From Bdellovibrionota bacterium FG-1 (lineage in GTDB: Bacteria; Bdellovibrionota; UBA1018), in the NCBI GenBank assembly GCA_051382295.1, contig JBBCAW010000033.1, positions 1 through 64,000 on the forward strand: 64,000 nt of DNA, given 5' to 3'. Positions 19,684-29,893 of the stretch are shown one piece after another (position 1 is the first letter of the stretch; every line of letters starts with the position of its first letter). The translations under genes were made by a program, and so were the position numbers. The notes below the pieces were generated by a model that was not told the origin of the DNA, did no database searches, and saw nothing but the letters and a program-made list of their open reading frames with translations.

Positions 19684-21129
19684 ATGCACCACCGCCCGCA
19701 ACAGACCCAACGAAACGCCCGCATCATCTATGACGTGCTTTACGGCTTTATCCCCATCACCGAGTGGGAAGAAAAGATCATCAATTCGCCGTTTTTTCAG
19801 CGTTTGAGATGGGTGAAACAACTCGGATTTGCCAACTACATCTTTCCCGGGGCCGAACATAATCGTTTCGCGCACGTCATCGGCGTGATGCACTCCATGG
19901 ATCAAATGCTTCGCTCCCTGGGTCTGGCCGTTTCAGATTCCGAGCTTTTTGATCCACGCGCCAAAAATCCAGCCGCCATGCTTCATAAAAACCTCAGGGT
20001 TGCGGCGCTGCTCCATGATATTGGAACCTTCCCTTTCAGTCACGCCATCGAAAACGCCTATATTCGGCATGGCAATGACCGGCGACGGACCCCTCGAAAA
20101 GCCAAGTCCAAGGATCTCCCCAATTCTCATGAACACCTCGGTTCATTTTTAATCAAAAACACCCGTTACGAAGGTGGCCTCACGCAGATCCTCGAGCACT
20201 ATGATTTTGATGTTCAGTTAATCTCAAAAATCATTAAGGGCGACAGCCCCTATCTCATAGCCAATCAGCTCATGCACTCCGATTTAGATGCCGATCGCAT
20301 GGACTATCTCCTGCGCGATGCGCACTATACCGGCATCAAATATGGTCAATTTGACCGCGAGTACATCCTGGCCAACCTGGTTACCTTTGACGCCGGTCAA
20401 GGGCAACTAGGTTTTGGCGTGCGCGACAACGCCATCCACGCGCTCGAAGATTTTTTAATCGCGCGCTTTAGTTGGTATAGCCAGATTATCAAAAACCAAG
20501 ACTCCGCCAAGTTTGACATCATGTCCAGCCACGTCGCGAAGGCTTTACTCGAGCACGATCAGCTCCACCAATTTCATGACCTGCTCACCATGATCGAAGA
20601 ACATGACGAGCGATTTTTTTGGTGGAACGACGTCTACTTTATCTCCCGCTGCCAAGAGGTCCGGTTCACCCGCGCGATTGAGGATCCCCATATCGCCGAA
20701 CTCAACGAAATGCTCCTTTATCGAAGAGCCCCGAAAACTGTCCATCACCCCCTCTTTGAGCATCGACTCCTTCGAGCCGATAGCCATGAAAAAGAAAAAT
20801 TAATTCACCAAATAAACGATAAAATCGAAGCATTTGAGCGGGTCCTCAAAAAACACGGTTCGGGCAAAGAATGGATTCTGGCGGATATCCCCGAGAAAGA
20901 CGTGGTTTTTACCAAAGCGCTTTCCCAAATGGTAAAAAAGCGAAAAACCGATAACCTCTACCGGGAAGTAGAACCCGTCAAGGTGGTTTCACGCGACGGC
21001 AAACCCTCCCTTTTGGTCGAGCGTGATAATATTTTGATGGAGCACCTCTCGCAATTCATTAACTTTGTTCCGAGTGTCTATGCCAACGACTCGGCCGTAG
21101 CGCTCCTCAAAGCCAGAGGTTTGATTTAA
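19684..21129 (+). CDS. HD-domain phosphohydrolase (dNTP triphosphohydrolase-like, COG1078 type)
   Basis: FQRLRWVKQLG, AEHNRFAH, ALLHDIGTFPFSH, LDADRMDYLLRD. Confidence 0.9.
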   Translation: MHHRPQQTQRNARIIYDVLYGFIPITEWEEKIINSPFFQRLRWVKQLGFANYIFPGAEHNRFAHVIGVMHSMDQMLRSLGLAVSDSELFDPRAKNPAAMLHKNLRVAALLHDIGTFPFSHAIENAYIRHGNDRRRTPRKAKSKDLPNSHEHLGSFLIKNTRYEGGLTQILEHYDFDVQLISKIIKGDSPYLIANQLMHSDLDADRMDYLLRDAHYTGIKYGQFDREYILANLVTFDAGQGQLGFGVRDNAIHALEDFLIARFSWYSQIIKNQDSAKFDIMSSHVAKALLEHDQLHQFHDLLTMIEEHDERFFWWNDVYFISRCQEVRFTRAIEDPHIAELNEMLLYRRAPKTVHHPLFEHRLLRADSHEKEKLIHQINDKIEAFERVLKKHGSGKEWILADIPEKDVVFTKALSQMVKKRKTDNLYREVEPVKVVSRDGKPSLLVERDNILMEHLSQFINFVPSVYANDSAVALLKARGLI

Positions 21130-21223
21130 AGTCCGGTTTTCGGAACGAGAGTCCGACCTTCATTCATCGACCTCCAAAATACGGCGGCTTTTCCGGGCAT
21201 TGTTTGTGCACAGAGGACCTCCC

Positions 21224-22813
21224 ATGCACCCTCTCCTCCGGATCGCTGCCCCGCTCACTGGTGAAGTCGAACCTACACTGCAATGGATTGAAGTCGCGAG
21301 TTTTCTTCAAATCCCGAGCTTTCACATCATCGGCCTACCGGCCCCCGAGGTCGCCGAGGCCCGAGAGCGAATCCGTGCCGCTATTGAAGCCTCGGGACTC
21401 CCGGTTCCACGAAAAAGAGTCATCGTCAATCTCTCTCCTGCTGCCATTCGAAAACGCGGAACCGGGGCGGATTTGGCCATGGCCCTGGGGATTTTGGACG
21501 CTCATTCAAAACGAAAAAAGACTTCCTCGTTTGACGTCATTGTCGCTTGGGGAGAACTCGGTTTAAACGGTACGATCAAACCCGCCGGGCAACTCACCCG
21601 CGCGGTTTTTGCGGCGTGGAAGGCCCGTGCGAATGCCTTGATCGTCGCCCAAGACGAAGCCCCCAAGACCGCCGAGCGCGTGGCCTGGATCACTGAGGCG
21701 GGGTTGATTCCGGACGCCTTGCCGCCTCTTGTTTTTGGGGCGTCCACCCTCAGTGAAGCCTGGGAGATTCTCAAAGATCCCACACTTTTTGTGCCGGTCG
21801 CTATCCCCCCTTGTCCAAAATCGTTGGATCGTCCGAGTTCCGCCGAGCCCCCCTCCCTCCTCCCCTTATCTCCTCTCATGGAGCGCGTGATCGGCACTGG
21901 CGCTGCGGGGGAACACCACCTTTTGCTCCTCGGACCCCGAGGGGTCGGTAAGAGTCACGCCTTAGAATGGTTAATCGCGCTCCAACCCCTGGCAGACCCC
22001 AAACTCCGCATTCAGCACGCGCTTTTGCGGGAACTGAGTATAAAGACGGACCCCCTAAAACCCGCGGACTTTTATGTTCCGATCCGACGAATTGGAGCTC
22101 AAGTGAGGCCATCGGCTCTCACCGGGGGTGCGGGGGTGGGAGGAATCAGGCCCGGGGAATTTTCGCTCGCGCATGGTGGACTTTTGATCGCCGATGAATT
22201 TTTGGAATGGGCGCGCGACTCGCGTGAGGCGCTCCGAGAACCTCTTGAACGAGGAGTCTTGACCCTCACCCGTTCGATGAAATCGGCCGAGCTGCCCGCA
22301 AAATTTGTGTTGGCCGCCAATGGAAACCTGTGCCCTTGCGGCGGGTGGCCGAAGGAATTTCCACTCCCCTCCTCCACGAGCTCAGCGGTTTTGTCAGCAC
22401 CCGCGGTGTGCCGGTGTACAGCCACCGCCAAAGCCACTTATCTTTCTCGGGTCTCAGGGCCCATTCTGGATCGAATTGACTTAGTCGTATGGGTCGCTCA
22501 GGGCGAAGGCGGCGCCGCAAGCCAACTTTTGCCCCTTCGTCAACGTGTGGCGCAGGCTCGCACCTTGGCAAGGGATCATTGGGGGAAACCCGCGGGCCAA
22601 CTTTCCGCGACAGAATTAGAAACGCTGCTTGAAACGCACGCTGAATGGAAAGACTCTTTGCGCTCACTCAAACTCTCCAGTTATCGCGCGCGCCACAAAA
22701 TTCTGAGAGTGGCGCTCACTCTAGCCGCCTGGGATGGTCTTTCGAACCCTAAACACTCCCATTTTTTTGAAGCGTTTTGTTATCGAATGGAAAGGTACGG
22801 ATGGGGAAAGTAA
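21224..22813 (+). CDS. comM: YifB/ComM Mg-chelatase-related AAA+ ATPase
   Basis: IIGLP..EARERIRAA, VIVNLSPA, GELGLNG, GPRGVGKS, PGEFSLAHGG, LREPLE, NLCPCG, SGPILDRID; ATG at 21224. Confidence 0.88.
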   Translation: MHPLLRIAAPLTGEVEPTLQWIEVASFLQIPSFHIIGLPAPEVAEARERIRAAIEASGLPVPRKRVIVNLSPAAIRKRGTGADLAMALGILDAHSKRKKTSSFDVIVAWGELGLNGTIKPAGQLTRAVFAAWKARANALIVAQDEAPKTAERVAWITEAGLIPDALPPLVFGASTLSEAWEILKDPTLFVPVAIPPCPKSLDRPSSAEPPSLLPLSPLMERVIGTGAAGEHHLLLLGPRGVGKSHALEWLIALQPLADPKLRIQHALLRELSIKTDPLKPADFYVPIRRIGAQVRPSALTGGAGVGGIRPGEFSLAHGGLLIADEFLEWARDSREALREPLERGVLTLTRSMKSAELPAKFVLAANGNLCPCGGWPKEFPLPSSTSSAVLSAPAVCRCTATAKATYLSRVSGPILDRIDLVVWVAQGEGGAASQLLPLRQRVAQARTLARDHWGKPAGQLSATELETLLETHAEWKDSLRSLKLSSYRARHKILRVALTLAAWDGLSNPKHSHFFEAFCYRMERYGWGK

Positions 22814-22814
22814 A

Positions 22815-22907
22815 AGGTAGCTAGTCAGCCATCAGCTCACAGGCGTCAGCTAAGACGAATAAATACAAGAAGCTGTTAGCTGATGGCTGACGGCTGACTA
22901 GCTACCT
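22815..22907. repeat. Long hairpin built from TCAGC/GCTGA heptamer repeats between convergent genes
   Basis: Perfect 16-bp inverted repeat AGGTAGCTAGTCAGCC / GGCTGACTAGCTACCT plus internal atcagct/agctgat units. Confidence 0.8.
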
Positions 22908-23375
22908 GGCCCTTAACATTTCTTCTTTGGCGCGATTAATCGCTTCCGCAATTTTCTGGGAATCCCGCCACTGCTGCGATCCCTGGGTGCCGATTTTGTC
23001 AGGATGATATTGCTTCATCCTCTCCCGATAGGCCTGCTGAATTTGCTGGGCACTGGCGCCAGGACTCACTCCCAAAATCTCGTGCGCCGGCCCATCAATT
23101 CGGATTCCGGACAGACCTAGCGGAACCTTGCGTTCGATCCGAGCGTCGGCCAATTTGGAGGGTGGAGACTCCTGTTTTTTAGGCATTTTCTTTTTTTGGG
23201 CCAGCAGATCGGCTTCTGTGACGGCAAATCTGGATGACAAAGAAGGCTTGCGAAACAGCCAAAATAACGCAAAAAATAAGGCGCCTACCCCAATCTGAAG
23301 GAGGTAAAAGAAATGACGGCCCCCCTCGTCGCCAAAATGTTCCTGTATGAAAGTTTGAATCGTTTGTCCGAGCAC
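22902..23375 (-). CDS. Membrane-anchored DnaJ-domain protein
   Basis: One N-terminal TM; HEILGV...AYRERMKQYHPDK...INRA J-domain. Confidence 0.85.
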   Translation of the reverse strand: MLGQTIQTFIQEHFGDEGGRHFFYLLQIGVGALFFALFWLFRKPSLSSRFAVTEADLLAQKKKMPKKQESPPSKLADARIERKVPLGLSGIRIDGPAHEILGVSPGASAQQIQQAYRERMKQYHPDKIGTQGSQQWRDSQKIAEAINRAKEEMLRAR

Positions 23376-23436
23376 TCTATTCTCTTTTTACACCCTCTTT
23401 TCAATTTTGGCACGCCTCCTGCCTCAGTTTTGTGCC

Positions 23437-25581
23437 GTGAAATCTGTTTTCTTTTGGAAAGTCATCCTTACTTTGGCGTTCAGTACTCCCGCCTTTGCGG
23501 TCGGGCGGACCAGCATAAGCACCCTAGACGGGTGCGCGCAGCTCACACTCGCCCGCCGGAGCACGTCTGAGGCGTGCTGGGCCTCAAAAAAAATCGGGGA
23601 TCGCTCTTTATGCCTGAGTCGGACCGCGTGGAACTCATGGCTTGAGAACTCGAGTGCTCTTTGCGGAAGCTGGCAGGGAACTTGGAAGACCTATTCGCCC
23701 CCACTCAATTCACGCAGTCCTCATGCCGGACCTAAGAAGTGGTTTTCGATCTTTTATGTCAAGGAGCTTCCCAGAGCCCATGGCACGTCCGCTCAGGCCT
23801 CCCGCCTGGAGAATTTATTCAAAACAATCGAACGGGTACGCGAGCGCGCCCATACGTTAGTGGCCGCAGTCGACTCCACCGGAATTCTCAGTGAACTGCT
23901 CACCGGCACTCGTCGTCGGGGAGGAACGCTCGATCTTCTTTTTGAACTAGGGTTTGTCCATGTTTTGACGGCATCGGGCATCCACCTTTATGCCCTTTCG
24001 CGATTTTGGAATTTGATCCTCCAAAACCTCGCACGGGTAGCCGGAATGCCGATCGGTTTGGCCTTGGGGGGCTCGCGGGTGATCACTGCAGTAGGTTGGT
24101 TTTTGACTTGGCTGCTCGCCGGAGCGCGCCCCGGAATGACTCGCCCCTGGCTGGTGATCGTCCTCAATAAAGGAGCCATCTTGGGGGGACTCCGATGGAA
24201 AAAAGGAGCACCGTTAGTGCTCGCGCTCGGGTTAGATTTGATCGTGGGCGCTTACCGAGGAGACCTCTGGGACGGAGATCTCAGCCACTCTGGGCGTTTT
24301 GCTTATGCGTTGGCCTGCGCCGGAGGTTTGATGGGAAGCACCCATCTGTCGATGGCCGTCGGCTCTTGGGTTTTTGCGGCACTTTGGCAAGGCTGGACCT
24401 CCGGACTCATGACCGTGGCTACGCCCATCATCAGCCTGATTTCGATTCCGATTTTGGCCGGTGGAGTTTTTCCATTGGCGCAAATCGCCATTGTACTCAA
24501 CGAATGCGGATGGAATTTTTTGGCCCAACCCCTCATGGGATTCGCCGGCCACGCCTTGACGCTAACGACAGTGAGTGGCGTGAGTCTCTTACTCCCCTTT
24601 CCAATTCTTTGGGTGATCCCGAAACAGGCTCTTTTGTGGGGTATGGCGCTCGCGGCGCTCACGCTCACCCTTAAACGAAAATTTTTTTGGATCGCTACCC
24701 TCCTCATCCTTGTCGCAAGACCAGGGCTGGACTATTTACTGCGAGATTTCCAAAAAAAGGCGGAGGAAAATACCGTTTTATTTCAAACGGTGATGGTTCA
24801 GCAAGTCGAACAACTCGATGTTGGCCAAGGCGACGCGGCATTGCTTCATCTCATGCCACCCACTCCTCAGATCGGGCTCATTGACTCAGGATCCAATCAA
24901 GCGCTCACCGATATCGCATGGATCCAGCTCCTTGCCCAACGCGAAATTCGCCAAATCGACTGGATTGCCCTCACTCATTTGGACGAAGATCACTGCGGCG
25001 GGGTACTGAGATTGGCTAGCCTCATCCCCATTGGCTGCGTGGCAACCTCGTCGCAAGAATTATCCAGTGAGCGGGGTCAACGCTATCAGGCTGAACTCAA
25101 TAAAATGGGCGTAAGGATAACCGATTGGAGTGCCCATTGTGTACCTCTCCCCGTACTTCCGCCCCCCAACGTCATGCCCCCCTCGCCCCATGCAAAACAG
25201 GAGGCAAACGGGCAAATGAGCGCCATTTTTGTGCCTTTGGGTCAGGGAGGATTTTATCTTTCTGCCGGCGACGCGACCACAAAGGACGAACCTCGCATTG
25301 GCAAGTGGGCTACGGAACTGGCCAAGAATCTGGCTCCGGGCCCACGCATTCTAAAAATCTCTCATCACGGTTCAAAAACTTCGAGCAATCCCGATTTTTT
25401 GAAAATGATTCTGCCCACTGAGGCTTGGATTTCGGTGGGCGCTGGCAACCGATATGGCCATCCGTCCATTCAGACGCTGGACGAATTAGCCAACGAGCAA
25501 ATTCCGGTCCACCGAACGGATCAACAAGGCGGACTTAGAGAAGCAGACGCCCACCATCCACGACAAATACATCGCCCGTAA
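23437..25581 (+). CDS. comEC: ComEC/Rec2 DNA uptake protein with C-terminal metallo-beta-lactamase domain
   Basis: HVLTASGIH, multiple TMs, LDVGQGDA, LTHLDEDHCGG, LKISHHGS, ISVGAGNRYGHP; start taken as GTG 23437 (track start 23407). Confidence 0.85.
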   Translation: MKSVFFWKVILTLAFSTPAFAVGRTSISTLDGCAQLTLARRSTSEACWASKKIGDRSLCLSRTAWNSWLENSSALCGSWQGTWKTYSPPLNSRSPHAGPKKWFSIFYVKELPRAHGTSAQASRLENLFKTIERVRERAHTLVAAVDSTGILSELLTGTRRRGGTLDLLFELGFVHVLTASGIHLYALSRFWNLILQNLARVAGMPIGLALGGSRVITAVGWFLTWLLAGARPGMTRPWLVIVLNKGAILGGLRWKKGAPLVLALGLDLIVGAYRGDLWDGDLSHSGRFAYALACAGGLMGSTHLSMAVGSWVFAALWQGWTSGLMTVATPIISLISIPILAGGVFPLAQIAIVLNECGWNFLAQPLMGFAGHALTLTTVSGVSLLLPFPILWVIPKQALLWGMALAALTLTLKRKFFWIATLLILVARPGLDYLLRDFQKKAEENTVLFQTVMVQQVEQLDVGQGDAALLHLMPPTPQIGLIDSGSNQALTDIAWIQLLAQREIRQIDWIALTHLDEDHCGGVLRLASLIPIGCVATSSQELSSERGQRYQAELNKMGVRITDWSAHCVPLPVLPPPNVMPPSPHAKQEANGQMSAIFVPLGQGGFYLSAGDATTKDEPRIGKWATELAKNLAPGPRILKISHHGSKTSSNPDFLKMILPTEAWISVGAGNRYGHPSIQTLDELANEQIPVHRTDQQGGLREADAHHPRQIHRP

Positions 25582-26335
25582 CCCAGGCCGTATCTTCGCT
25601 GAGGAAGAAACGAATGGCCCCGGCGACATCTTTGGCTTCGCCCACGCGTCCCAAAGGAAAAGTTGCTCCGCGTTTGACATAAAATTCTTCGAGCTCAGAC
25701 TCGCTTTGATGATAGGCCTCATGCAAAGGGGTCCGCACGATCCCCGGACAAACGCAATTGATCGTAATATTATCCTTACCGAGTTCTTTGGCGAGAGTCT
25801 TGGTGAGATGCACGAGCGCTGCTTTTGAAACCGAATACGCCAACGCAAAATGATTTGGAAGCAATCCCGCGGTGGACGAGACATTGACCACTCGCCCCCC
25901 CGAACGCGCTTTAATCATTTGCGCGGCAACGGCCTTGATCAACAAAAAGGGCGCCTTAAGATTGACCGCCATGGCCTGATCCCAATCGGCTTCCGTGGTA
26001 TCAGCCACTCCACCAAAAGGATAAATCCCCGCGTTGTTCACGAGTCCGTAAATTCCCTTATATTGGTTGGCAATTCGATCCACGGCTTTTTGAATCTGCG
26101 CCGAATCGCGCAAGTCGCATTGCACTACCCCAATATGATCGTGAGAGCTGCCTAGTTTTTTAAAGGCGTCATCTAATCGAGCTCGGTCGCGGCCTAACAA
26201 AATCACCCGATATTGCCCCGTCTGAAGCAAAAGCTCCGCGGTGGCTAATCCGATTCCACTTCCGCCTCCCGTAATCAGAACCGTTTTAAGTTGAGATTTT
26301 TCCGCTGCTGCCGTCATGGCGTGATTCTTCCTCAT
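25535..26335 (-). CDS. Short-chain dehydrogenase/reductase
   Basis: TGGGSGIG, LVNNAG, YSVSK, INCVCPG, WVTGDVFVVDGG. Confidence 0.92.
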   Translation of the reverse strand: MRKNHAMTAAAEKSQLKTVLITGGGSGIGLATAELLLQTGQYRVILLGRDRARLDDAFKKLGSSHDHIGVVQCDLRDSAQIQKAVDRIANQYKGIYGLVNNAGIYPFGGVADTTEADWDQAMAVNLKAPFLLIKAVAAQMIKARSGGRVVNVSSTAGLLPNHFALAYSVSKAALVHLTKTLAKELGKDNITINCVCPGIVRTPLHEAYHQSESELEEFYVKRGATFPLGRVGEAKDVAGAIRFFLSEDTAWVTGDVFVVDGGRLLL

Positions 26336-26357
26336 TTTTCAGAGTAAAGCAATGCGC

Positions 26358-28547
26358 TTAGTGGCGAATATGAAGTCTCAATCCTCCCGCCACGTTCGCC
26401 TTCAGACCCGGCACAGCGTCAGCATCGGCCCGAAGCCGTTGAATCCACTCGGCCGGCGATAATGTGCCCGTCACCTTGGGATCTGCATCCAACAACCGCA
26501 CCATGGCCCCGGCTACCATGGCAGCGGAAAGGGCGGTCGAGGTGTCCAGAGTGTTTTCACCCCGGGGAGTGGCCACGCGAATCTGTTCGCCAGGCGCCGC
26601 AAGAGCCACCAACCGGGAGTCATAATTGGCAAAACGAGCCTGAGCCTGAACCAATTGGTCCTTCGCAGTAACGCCGGTCACGGTCAGGACATTCTCATAA
26701 CGCCCCGACAAGGCCGCCGGATAAGCAGCGACCTGCGACAACTCATCCCCCCGGTCACCCGCCGCCGCCACGACAAGTACGCCATGATCGCGGGCGTACG
26801 AAACACCTTCCTCAATGGCATGAGAGCGCAAACGCGTAGCCCAGCCGCACACAATGATTGTAGCCCCATGATCTACCGCATAATGAAAGGCGCCATAAAT
26901 AGCGGCGGAACTTGTAATACCCCAGGGATTAAAGATTTTGAGGGGCATGATTTTGGCACTCGGTGCCACGGCAGCAATTAAACTCGCCACCTCAGTGCCA
27001 TGATACCCGTCGTCAAATGGATGAGCATCGCCAGAGATAAAATCCCACCCATAATAATCCTTACGCGAAGAAGGTCCAGTGCCCTCGGTGGTGATAGGCA
27101 AGGAGTTACTCCACAGACGAGAATGAAACCAAGGATGGTTGTAATCCACGCCGCTATCGATCACGGCAACGACCGATGATCCCTCTTGCGATAAGGGTGC
27201 GCGATCCAAACCAATTTGATGTCCCCAATCGGATTGTCGCGCTTGCGAAGTCCAATAGGCTTCGGAGTTCATCACCCCAGTTTTATAGACCTGATCATAT
27301 TGATAATAACGCCAAGCTCGAAATGGAAGGGCCAAGGCACCCTCAATACTCAACAAAAACTGAGTCCAGGCACTCACCACCGGCGCAAGGCCATCTAAAT
27401 TGGACTTAGGCAAATCTTTCCAAGGAAGACTGATCGACTCGACCGCGGCAGGAACGGTGGGACTTTCAAGGGCTTCTGAGATCGAAGCCATTCCTCGATC
27501 AGCCAACTCGGGAGACGCTTCGCGGAGCAAAGCTCCCGCTTTTACACTTGTCAGATCTCCTTGTACGATATGTCCCACGGAACCACTGGAATTACTGAAA
27601 TCGACTTCAACTAAAACTCCAGGCGTCCCCAAAACTTCATAACGGGTTCCAGGAACCACGCCCGAGTTAGGCCCCGTGCCCAGCAAAAACTGACCATTAT
27701 CCAAGATATTATCCACTCTTGCGGTTAAAGGCAAATCGACCAAGGATCGATCAACGGCATCAAAACTCCCGTTGATCGCGGCCTGCAGCGCCTGATCCAT
27801 GGCATCTCGCCGGGCCAGGGCAATTCCCGCGCTATACCCCTGATAGGCTCCCGCGATATCAAAGTAATAGCCGTCCCCTTGCACCGAAACCATGCGATAT
27901 TCTTTGCGGCCAATCAGCGGTCCATCGATATCGAGTCGCAGTCTCAGCTCCGAATGATAATAAGCATACTTAACCGCCAGCCACACATAGAGCGCATCGA
28001 TGTTAAACCCATCGCCTAGGTCCAAGCCCGCATGAGAATCCAAAACCCCCGAACCTCGCGCGTCGAAAGTGCGGTCAAACCAATTGGCCTCAAACGAAAC
28101 CTTTCGAAGCGGAAATTCGTTAGGTCGATTGTCATAGCCATTGTTATACGGGGTCCGAAACCGCTCATTAAACCCGTAAAACATGCGCTCACCACGCGAC
28201 CCGGTTTGAAAACTCAAAGCATCGACCGTCACTTTGATCGTCGCAGAAGGAACCACGCTTCCCGGCCAGACATACTGCTCTGAATAGCCCGAGGAAAGCG
28301 CGGAAACTTCTGAACCAATCCCATGAGGAACATCCGAAAGAATAAAGCGCCCGGTTTCCGTCAGACGTCGCCCCAAGACTATTTCGAAATCATCGCCAAA
28401 ATTATGAAGATTTCCATCTGGCATTTCGATTTCAACATTTCGGACATGATCAAGCGCGATCACCCGCTTACCGTTGGCCGCCGCATCCGCGAGTCCAGAC
28501 CCCAACGCGAGTGAAACCAGGAGAACCGTGCCTATGAAATTTCGCAC
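26358..28547 (-). CDS. Secreted S8 subtilase-like protein with a large N-terminal domain; catalytic Ser appears substituted
   Basis: Signal peptide; VAVIDSGVD, HGTEVA, IMPLK, AAAGD, AAPG, STALSAAMVAG. Confidence 0.8.
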   Translation of the reverse strand: MRNFIGTVLLVSLALGSGLADAAANGKRVIALDHVRNVEIEMPDGNLHNFGDDFEIVLGRRLTETGRFILSDVPHGIGSEVSALSSGYSEQYVWPGSVVPSATIKVTVDALSFQTGSRGERMFYGFNERFRTPYNNGYDNRPNEFPLRKVSFEANWFDRTFDARGSGVLDSHAGLDLGDGFNIDALYVWLAVKYAYYHSELRLRLDIDGPLIGRKEYRMVSVQGDGYYFDIAGAYQGYSAGIALARRDAMDQALQAAINGSFDAVDRSLVDLPLTARVDNILDNGQFLLGTGPNSGVVPGTRYEVLGTPGVLVEVDFSNSSGSVGHIVQGDLTSVKAGALLREASPELADRGMASISEALESPTVPAAVESISLPWKDLPKSNLDGLAPVVSAWTQFLLSIEGALALPFRAWRYYQYDQVYKTGVMNSEAYWTSQARQSDWGHQIGLDRAPLSQEGSSVVAVIDSGVDYNHPWFHSRLWSNSLPITTEGTGPSSRKDYYGWDFISGDAHPFDDGYHGTEVASLIAAVAPSAKIMPLKIFNPWGITSSAAIYGAFHYAVDHGATIIVCGWATRLRSHAIEEGVSYARDHGVLVVAAAGDRGDELSQVAAYPAALSGRYENVLTVTGVTAKDQLVQAQARFANYDSRLVALAAPGEQIRVATPRGENTLDTSTALSAAMVAGAMVRLLDADPKVTGTLSPAEWIQRLRADADAVPGLKANVAGGLRLHIRH

Positions 28548-28550
28548 GAC

Positions 28551-29585
28551 CTACCTCAACTGCGATCCGCCCGTATTATTAGGCTCACCCGGTTGAGAGG
28601 GCAACTCTGGACTACCCGAGGTCATGGGACGCACCATCACCAGATCACCATCCTGAATCCCGCGAGGATCCAAAACTTGATCGATGATCGCAGTGCTCGA
28701 GATAGACTCCACTTGCGTCGTATGAACATGCGCGACCGCCCTAAAGGCCGAACAGGCTCCTTGTCCAGAAGCGGGCGCGAAAATCGCGAATGTTTGATTC
28801 GGTTTTAAATTGGAATTAGAACCGGCGTCAAAAACCAAGGTTCCTAAATCCGGTAAATATTCACGTACCCGGGCTGTCCAAGGAAGTTTATTGAGACTCA
28901 GAGAGTCTGAAAGCTTCTTCATGCCGTCATCCATGATCTTACGCAAAACATCTCCCAGCATCGTATTCAGAACCAAATCGGGGCCGGTCTTGATCACACT
29001 AAAGTCAATTTCAACTGACAGATTTCCTCCCACCGTTGCGGCAGTGGAGGTAGAAGGAAATACCAACGAACAACTTCCCGCCGTACAATTCCAAACTCCA
29101 AAATCCATGGCGATCTGCCCAATTCGTACCTTAGCCTTACCCGTAACGCTCGTCACCGCACCGCCCGACCCGGAGGTAGGCGAATACCCAAACTGAATTC
29201 CCAGTTCAAACGCATCCAACATCAAGGTACTCACCCCGGCTCGAATCTCGATGTGGCTGCCGCAATAATCATTGCCCGAATCACCCGGATCGGTCGGCGA
29301 AAACGCCTGCGTGTTTGCGACCGCGGAAGTCAGCATCAAATTCAAATCCGAAGTCAGATCGATGCGAGGCGCTCCATTAGGAAGCGAAAAGGGTTGGGTC
29401 GTTACCGGCTTGAGCACGACTTTGCGGACCGGGCGAGCGGTCACATCCACCGGAGGCGTACACCCCGGAGAACCCCGGCTCGGACTCGATACCGCCTTTG
29501 ACATCGCAAAAGCGCTGTGCCAATTCGGAGCAACCGAGATCGTCAAGAGTCCGACAAGGGCCACCCAGGTCTTTTGAGAAAGCAT
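28551..29585 (-). CDS. Secreted protein, possibly CsgG/FlgT-like architecture
   Basis: ATG at 29585 with AGGAGAG RBS; signal peptide; C-terminal WTARV...LVFDAGSNSNLKPNQTF...GDLV resembles a FlgT C-terminal beta-domain. Confidence 0.6.
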   Translation of the reverse strand: MLSQKTWVALVGLLTISVAPNWHSAFAMSKAVSSPSRGSPGCTPPVDVTARPVRKVVLKPVTTQPFSLPNGAPRIDLTSDLNLMLTSAVANTQAFSPTDPGDSGNDYCGSHIEIRAGVSTLMLDAFELGIQFGYSPTSGSGGAVTSVTGKAKVRIGQIAMDFGVWNCTAGSCSLVFPSTSTAATVGGNLSVEIDFSVIKTGPDLVLNTMLGDVLRKIMDDGMKKLSDSLSLNKLPWTARVREYLPDLGTLVFDAGSNSNLKPNQTFAIFAPASGQGACSAFRAVAHVHTTQVESISSTAIIDQVLDPRGIQDGDLVMVRPMTSGSPELPSQPGEPNNTGGSQLR

Positions 29586-29893
29586 GAGATCTCTCCTTTT
29601 ACTGAGAAGGCGACTAGGGGGTTCAAGTCCAATCGCATTAATTAACAATATTAACTATTCTAAACAATAAACCACAGAAACGCAACAGTTGCGCTTTGGG
29701 CCGCATAAGCACATGAAAACGGTCAACTATCTGATCGGCAATTTTTGCCCGACCTTGAATTTAAAAATGGAGCGCTCGCCGCTCCCTTAAACCTTTGAGC
29801 CTTTGAGCCGATAATGAACCCTTGCGGCGTGACACCATCAAACAACGAAACGTGCATCTGCCAGAGGTGCTATTCATGACTGGCTTTGCGGAT

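Noticed and set aside
19684..21129. HD protein as an anti-phage dNTPase
   Set aside because: Belongs to a widespread family and has no defence-island neighbours here
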